Source of the DNA: Eledone cirrhosa
Lineage: Eukaryota
Assembly: GCA_964016885.1 (NCBI GenBank)
Contig: OZ024746.1
Span: 59,024,001 to 59,088,000, forward strand
Reading direction: 5' to 3'
DNA: 64,000 nucleotides
Positions 58,051 through 64,000 of this stretch are shown one piece after another (the stretch's first letter is position 1; every line of letters begins with the position of its first letter). The position numbers and the translations under genes are program-made. Below the pieces are notes generated by a model. That model was not told the origin of the DNA. It was given only the letters and a program-made list of their open reading frames with translations, and ran no database searches.

Positions 58051-58428
58051 ATAATAATAGATTTAAAATCCCGCAAACCGTAATTTATCGAAAGTATTCG
58101 GGTGTCTTTCGGCAAAAACAAAGATAAACACATTTGAATGTTACGTCTGGAAATTAATAGACAACAGATGTGAGACTGAATTTATACATATAATTGTAAA
58201 AGATACAAGTAACATTGGAAATATGGAATAAACTAGACTTTCCTTAATATGGTTAGTTGGAGGGGGCTCCGAAAAAAGTTTATTTTACCTAAAGAATAAC
58301 AGAAAGAGATATAGTAGATATAGGGAATTAAGAAGACGAGAGAAAGAGAGCGAGAGAAACAAGGATAGTGTGAAAGAGGAGGGTATGAGAGAGAGAGAGA
58401 GAGAGAGGAAGAGAGAGAGAGAGAGAGA

Positions 58429-58488
<60 letters not shown>

Positions 58489-59040
58489 TGAAGTGGGAGA
58501 TAGGGAGAGAACAAAGGGGAAACAGAAAAAGGAAAGCGTTAATTTTACTTAAATCAAATCATAGTCGTTTATTTCTGTTGTAATATCGTCTCACGTACAT
58601 CTCGATTCTCAAATCTTTTGCACAAACTGGCATTACATGTGAATTGCGACATTCATGCGCGAAATTGTGAGCAGGTGACTGATGAGTTACAGATACAGTT
58701 GCCTGTTCGTCTTATGTAACTGTTTTTTCTGTATGCATTTACTATATATATGCTGATACTATATTTATATGTTATATCACGCTACACAGTTTCAGAAAAA
58801 CACGTACACACGCATACATATGAATGTTTGTTTGTGTGTGAGCGTGCTTACAAACATATATATATATATAAATGTATGTAAGTATGTGTATATATATATA
58901 TATGTGTGTGTGTGTTACTAATATATATATATATATAAATCCCAAGCATGCGCCATACCGACTGTAGAAGCTCAAAGAAAAATTCCAAGGAATTATTTAC
59001 ATATATATATCAATCGATCTTTTAATTATATAATATATGA

Positions 59041-59140
<100 letters not shown>

Positions 59141-59202
59141 GTACATATATGCATGCATATATATATATAAAGATATATGTATATATACATACACACACAC
59201 AC

Positions 59203-59249
<47 letters not shown>

Positions 59250-59257
<8 letters not shown>

Positions 59258-59331
59258 CATACATATGTGTACAACAACATATATATATTCATGCATACAT
59301 ACGTACATATATACAGACATCAATACATACA

Positions 59332-59367
<36 letters not shown>

Positions 59368-59427
59368 CATACATACATGCATACATCATACATGCATGCA
59401 TACAGACATACATACAGACAGACAGAC

Positions 59428-59476
<49 letters not shown>

Positions 59477-59648
59477 CATACATATGTGCACAACAACATA
59501 TATATATATTCATGCATACATACGTACATATATACAGACATCAATACATACATACATGCATACATACATATATATACATACATACATGCATACATCATAC
59601 ATGCATGCATGCATACAGACAGACATACATACATACAGACAGACAGAC

Positions 59649-59703
<55 letters not shown>

Positions 59704-59872
59704 CATACATATGTGCACAACAACATATATATATTCATGCATACATACGTACATATATACAGACATCAATACATACATACATGCATACATACATATATAT
59801 ACATACATACATGCATACATCATACATGCATGCATGCATACAGACTGACATACATACATACAGACAGACATG

Positions 59873-59932
<60 letters not shown>

Positions 59933-60135
59933 CATACATATGTGCACAACAACATATATATATATTCATGCATACATACGTACATATATACAGACATCAA
60001 TACATACATACATGCATACATACATATATATACATACATACATGCATACATCATACATGCATGCATGCATACAGACAGACATACATACATACAGACAGAC
60101 AGACATGTATATATATATATATATATATATATATC
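59250..60135. repeat. Higher-order tandem repeat, four ~220-235-bp units of compound microsatellite
   Basis: atgtg(c/t)acaacaacatatatatattcatgcatac...cagacatcaatac recurs at ~59264, 59484, 59711 and 59940. Confidence 0.9.
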
Positions 60136-60683
60136 AGCAGCAGCAATACTATATGTCCTAAGCATCTGGGGCAGCTGGTGTTGTGCTAATTCAACTTTTT
60201 CATATTCAGAAAAGTTTTAAAGTGTTCTTCTTAACTTCAATGATTAATTTACGTCCGACTTTAAAAGCTCGCAGCTCGCAGCTCTCAAACTAAGTACTAC
60301 CTTTAAAACTTGTATTTTCAAAGGAAATGCTATTCGATTGCCAGCCATCTTTGATAAGCACTAAAATAGATAACTTGCTGGAGGGATTTTTACCTTCATC
60401 TTTCGTTTTTCTCTCTCTATCGCTCTATTCCACACTAGTTAACTATCTATATACATATCGATATATCTCCGTCTATCTTTCTCGGTCTGTCGCTCTCTTG
60501 CTCTTTGTTAACCTCTCTCCCTTTTTCTCTCTCTTTCCTTCTCTCTCTGTCTGTCTCTCACTCCCTCGCTCTCTTTGGTTATTTTCCTATCTTCCTATCT
60601 CTCTATCGAAGTTTCCTATTCTCCGTTATTCAATTTTTATTCAATTCACACACTTTCACCATCCTTTTCCTTCTTTCTATACA

Positions 60684-60781
<98 letters not shown>

Positions 60782-60870
60782 ATATCGCTCACTCTCTCTC
60801 TCTTTCCTCTCTCCCCTATCTTCGATTGTATATATATATATGTGTGTGTATATATAATTATATATATATT

Positions 60871-60921
<51 letters not shown>

Positions 60922-60929
60922 ATATATAA

Positions 60930-60996
<67 letters not shown>

Positions 60997-61189
60997 TGTG
61001 TGTGTGTATGTATGTAGGTATGTATTTATGTATGAAAAACCACCATTTAAACCTAACAATTACGGTGAGCCAGAAGGAAGATATAAATCTGCCAAATACA
61101 ATTAAAGATCGGTCCGTTTGTTAGTGGCTATACAATATGTAGAACTATCTTTAACTTAACAGGACTAATTTCCTCCTTTCCACAGCACT

Positions 61190-61900
61190 CCAGCATCATC
61201 GCCATCAGCACTAGCATCTCTTCCATCACTGCCACCACCAGCATTACCAACACCAGAATCACCACCATTGCCGCCACCAGCACCACCACCAACATTACCA
61301 CCACTGCCACCACCAACACCACCACCATCACCACTAGTATCTCTTCCATCACTGCCACCACCAGCACCACCGCCAGCATTACTATCGACATAACTACCGC
61401 TAACACCACAACCATCACTACTGCCATCAAGACCACTACCACACACACACACCGCCATTACCATTAGCATTACTACCTCCACCGCTGCCATCCCTCCCCT
61501 CAAAACAACCACTTCCAACCAGATTCTTTTTAAATGAATCTTTTATGATTATAAAGCCAAGTCAGTGCTAAGAATGTACAACTGCCGCCGCCATTACTGT
61601 CACAGCCACCACCATCGCCATTGCTACCGCCTCCAACACCAACAGCACCACCACCACCATCACCATTGTTACCGCCTCCAACACCAACAGCACCACCACC
61701 ACCACCATTACCATTGTTACCGCCTCCAACGCCACCACCACCACTACCACCACCATCACCATTGTTACCGCCTCCAACACCAACAGCACCGCCACCACCC
61801 TCACCATTGTTACCGCCTCCAACGCCAACACCACCACCACCACGACCTTCATACCTACCGCCACCAACCACCATCGACCCTACCACCGACGCCACCACTG
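61190..61900. repeat. CCA-derived minisatellites (~117-bp duplication, then 45-51-bp units)
   Basis: cactag(c/t)atctcttccatcactgccaccaccagca occurs twice, and cattgttaccgcctccaac five times. Confidence 0.85.
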
Positions 61901-62239
61901 TTTCTTTAGAGACCGGAGGCTGTGTACATCTGTTGAAGGCATCATCAGTTATGAAGTAGACCGAAAATAACATCAACGGAATTGAGGGAAAGTAAAGTAA
62001 CTCTCAACAACATCGTTAAAACATGTCTACCTCAACAACAACAACAACAACAACAACAGCAGCAGCAATAGCAGCACCAGCAGTAACTAAAGCAACTAAA
62101 GCAACAACAGCAGCAGCAGCAACAACAGCAGCAACCACTCCTATAAAAATTTCGCCTCAAGTTGAGAGATTTCCATTTCAATAGTGTATGGCTCAGCTAT
62201 ATTTGTTGTTTAGCGGTGGGTGTCGGATGTTGGTAGATT

Positions 62240-62750
62240 GGTGGCTCTGTGGTGTGGTGGCGTGGTTGTTGGCTGCGTGGCGTGGTGTGGTGGCGTGGTT
62301 TTGGGCTGTGTGGTGGCGTGGTGTGGTGGCGTGGTTGTTGACTGCGTGGCGTGGTGTGGTGGCGTGGTTTTGGGCTGTGTGGTGGCGTGGTGTGGTGGCG
62401 TGGTTGTTGGCTGTGTGGCGTGGTGTCGTGTGGTGCGTTGGTGTCCTGGTTGGGTGTGTCGTGTGGTGGTTGTTGGCTGTGTGGTGGCGTGGTTGTTGGC
62501 TATGTGGTGGCGTAGTTGTTGGCTGTGTGGCGTGGTGTGGTGTGGTGTGGTGCGTTGGTGTCCTGGTTGGGTGTGTGGTGTGGTGGTTGTTGGATGAGTG
62601 GCGTGGTGTGGCCTGGTTGTTGGCTGTGTGGCGTGGTGTGGTGTGGTATGTTGTGTTGGTGTCGTTTTGGGGTGTGTGGTGTCGTGGTGACGTGGTTGTT
62701 GGATGGTTGGTGTCGTGGTGTCGTGTTTGTTGGATGTGTGTGCTGTGGTG
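62240..62750. repeat. GT-rich minisatellite (ggcgtggtgtggtggcgtggttgttggctg..)
   Basis: Tandem 30/63-nt units. Confidence 0.85.
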
Positions 62751-63694
62751 ATCGTGTCTACGCTTATGTTGAGATGTGTTGCGGCGGTGATTATGGCTAC
62801 TGTGTAGTGTGTATTTGTTGTGTGGTGTATAGTTAATGTTTGGTATAGGGTGTGGTTATTGTGTAGTGTATGACGTTGTGATCCAATATGTTATATAGTG
62901 TAGTGGATATATATATACTCTGGTATTCATGTGTGTTATTGTGATTATTGTTGCAGTGTGGTGCAGAGTGTTCGTGCAGTGTGGTATGGTGTGGTGTGGT
63001 GTGGTTTATTTGTGCTATGCTGAAGATCACTAGAACGTTCTTCTACTTTTCTTCCTTACTGCAAATCTGCAAATAGCTTATTTGTTGATTTCTCTTCGAT
63101 TCTTCATTCAGTGCTTTATCGAAGGATTACAGAATCGAACATTTGATAGATTTTTTTTCTATTGCCATCGAACTTAAAAGCTTATCTTGGGGTGGAAAAA
63201 AAGGAGGGAAAAACATTATTGATCGAGAGTGTATGATTATAAACATATCAATTTTGTTTTTCTTCTTCTTATTAAGTAAGTCACTAACTATGTGATTATG
63301 TTGTGAGTATAAGAAAAATAACTTAAGTGCAGGAAAAAGCTTCTAATATTTGGTCAAGACTACTTTTGTGTTCGAAGAGTTTCCATTTTCTACATAGAGG
63401 AAGAGAATAAATTAGAGTGAAAGACTTTTTCTAGAAAATTGCTGCTTCCATTTGTTAGTTAATGTATTATTAATATTAAATAAAAGCTTGTTTTATAGTT
63501 TGGTGTACTAAACACAGTAAACATGCCCATAATGAAGATCTTATATATTGTTCATAGAACCAATATAATATTTATCAATAATGGTGAATGTTTACTTCAA
63601 AGGTTTGCCTCAATTACCGGTTTAACTAAACAGTCATAATAGTCCTGTAACTTTGGTCAAACATCGAAGTAAACAGTTACTATTAATAAATATT

Positions 63695-64000
63695 TGGATT
63701 GGCAGTATCGGTAGAGGGTCGGACGCCATGCTTTCCAGCATAGTTACGTCCCTTTACGCTCTGAGTTCAAATCCCGCCGAGGTTGACTTTGCCTTTCATC
63801 CTTATGGGGTCGATAAATTAAAGTACCAGTAATGCACTCGGTAATTGCTGGCCTTGTGCCTAAAGTAGAAACAATTATTAATAGTATGGTGAAGGGCGGT
63901 GGATTGGCAGTATCATTAAAGCGTCGAACAACATGCTTTGTGGTATAGAGTTGCGGCCCTTTACGTTCTGATTTCAAATCCCGCCGAAGTTAGCTTTGCC
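63695..64000 (+). mobile_element. Two tandem SINE copies (second cut by the window end)
   Basis: Consensus match with A and B boxes. Confidence 0.9.

Noticed and set aside
58674-58730. CTGATGA followed by a gttaca/tgtaac stem
   Set aside because: No GAAA after the stem and no stem I partner, so not a hammerhead.
61530-61976. Pro-rich (extensin/formin-like) and Gly-rich ORFs
   Set aside because: Open in several frames on both strands because of a CCA-derived minisatellite. No non-repetitive domain or clear splice context.
62188-62751. 187-aa Trp/Val-rich 'membrane' ORF
   Set aside because: Product of a GT-rich tandem repeat.

Overview
AT-rich eukaryotic (animal) intergenic or intronic DNA with no recognisable host protein-coding exon. 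Almost all ORFs in the supplied track are translations of microsatellites. The extreme (TA)n/(CA)n/(CATA)n load and the dominant tRNA-derived SINE suggest a coleoid cephalopod such as Octopus (inferred, not verified). The window contains: about 30 SINE copies; decayed non-LTR retrotransposons (R4/Dong-like, RTE-like, CRE-like); a Penelope-like element (PLE) RT N-terminal fragment; a hAT-type MITE; and an intron-containing tRNA-Tyr pseudogene. The main hidden signal is in the short 'unique' islands between (TA)n tracts. Many are non-coding PLE/retrozyme-like inserts carrying type I hammerhead ribozymes (HHRs). I count about 20 full or near-full motifs from roughly ten distinct sequence families. 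They include 419-bp and ~517-bp tandem units with one HHR per unit, a ~60-bp HHR-only insert, and families with a U3-A8 covariant core (UUGANAA). About 14 inserts are fold-back inverted repeats, and several turn around inside HHR stem II or at the predicted cleavage site. All structures were read by eye, so coordinates may be off by a few bases and no activity is demonstrated.
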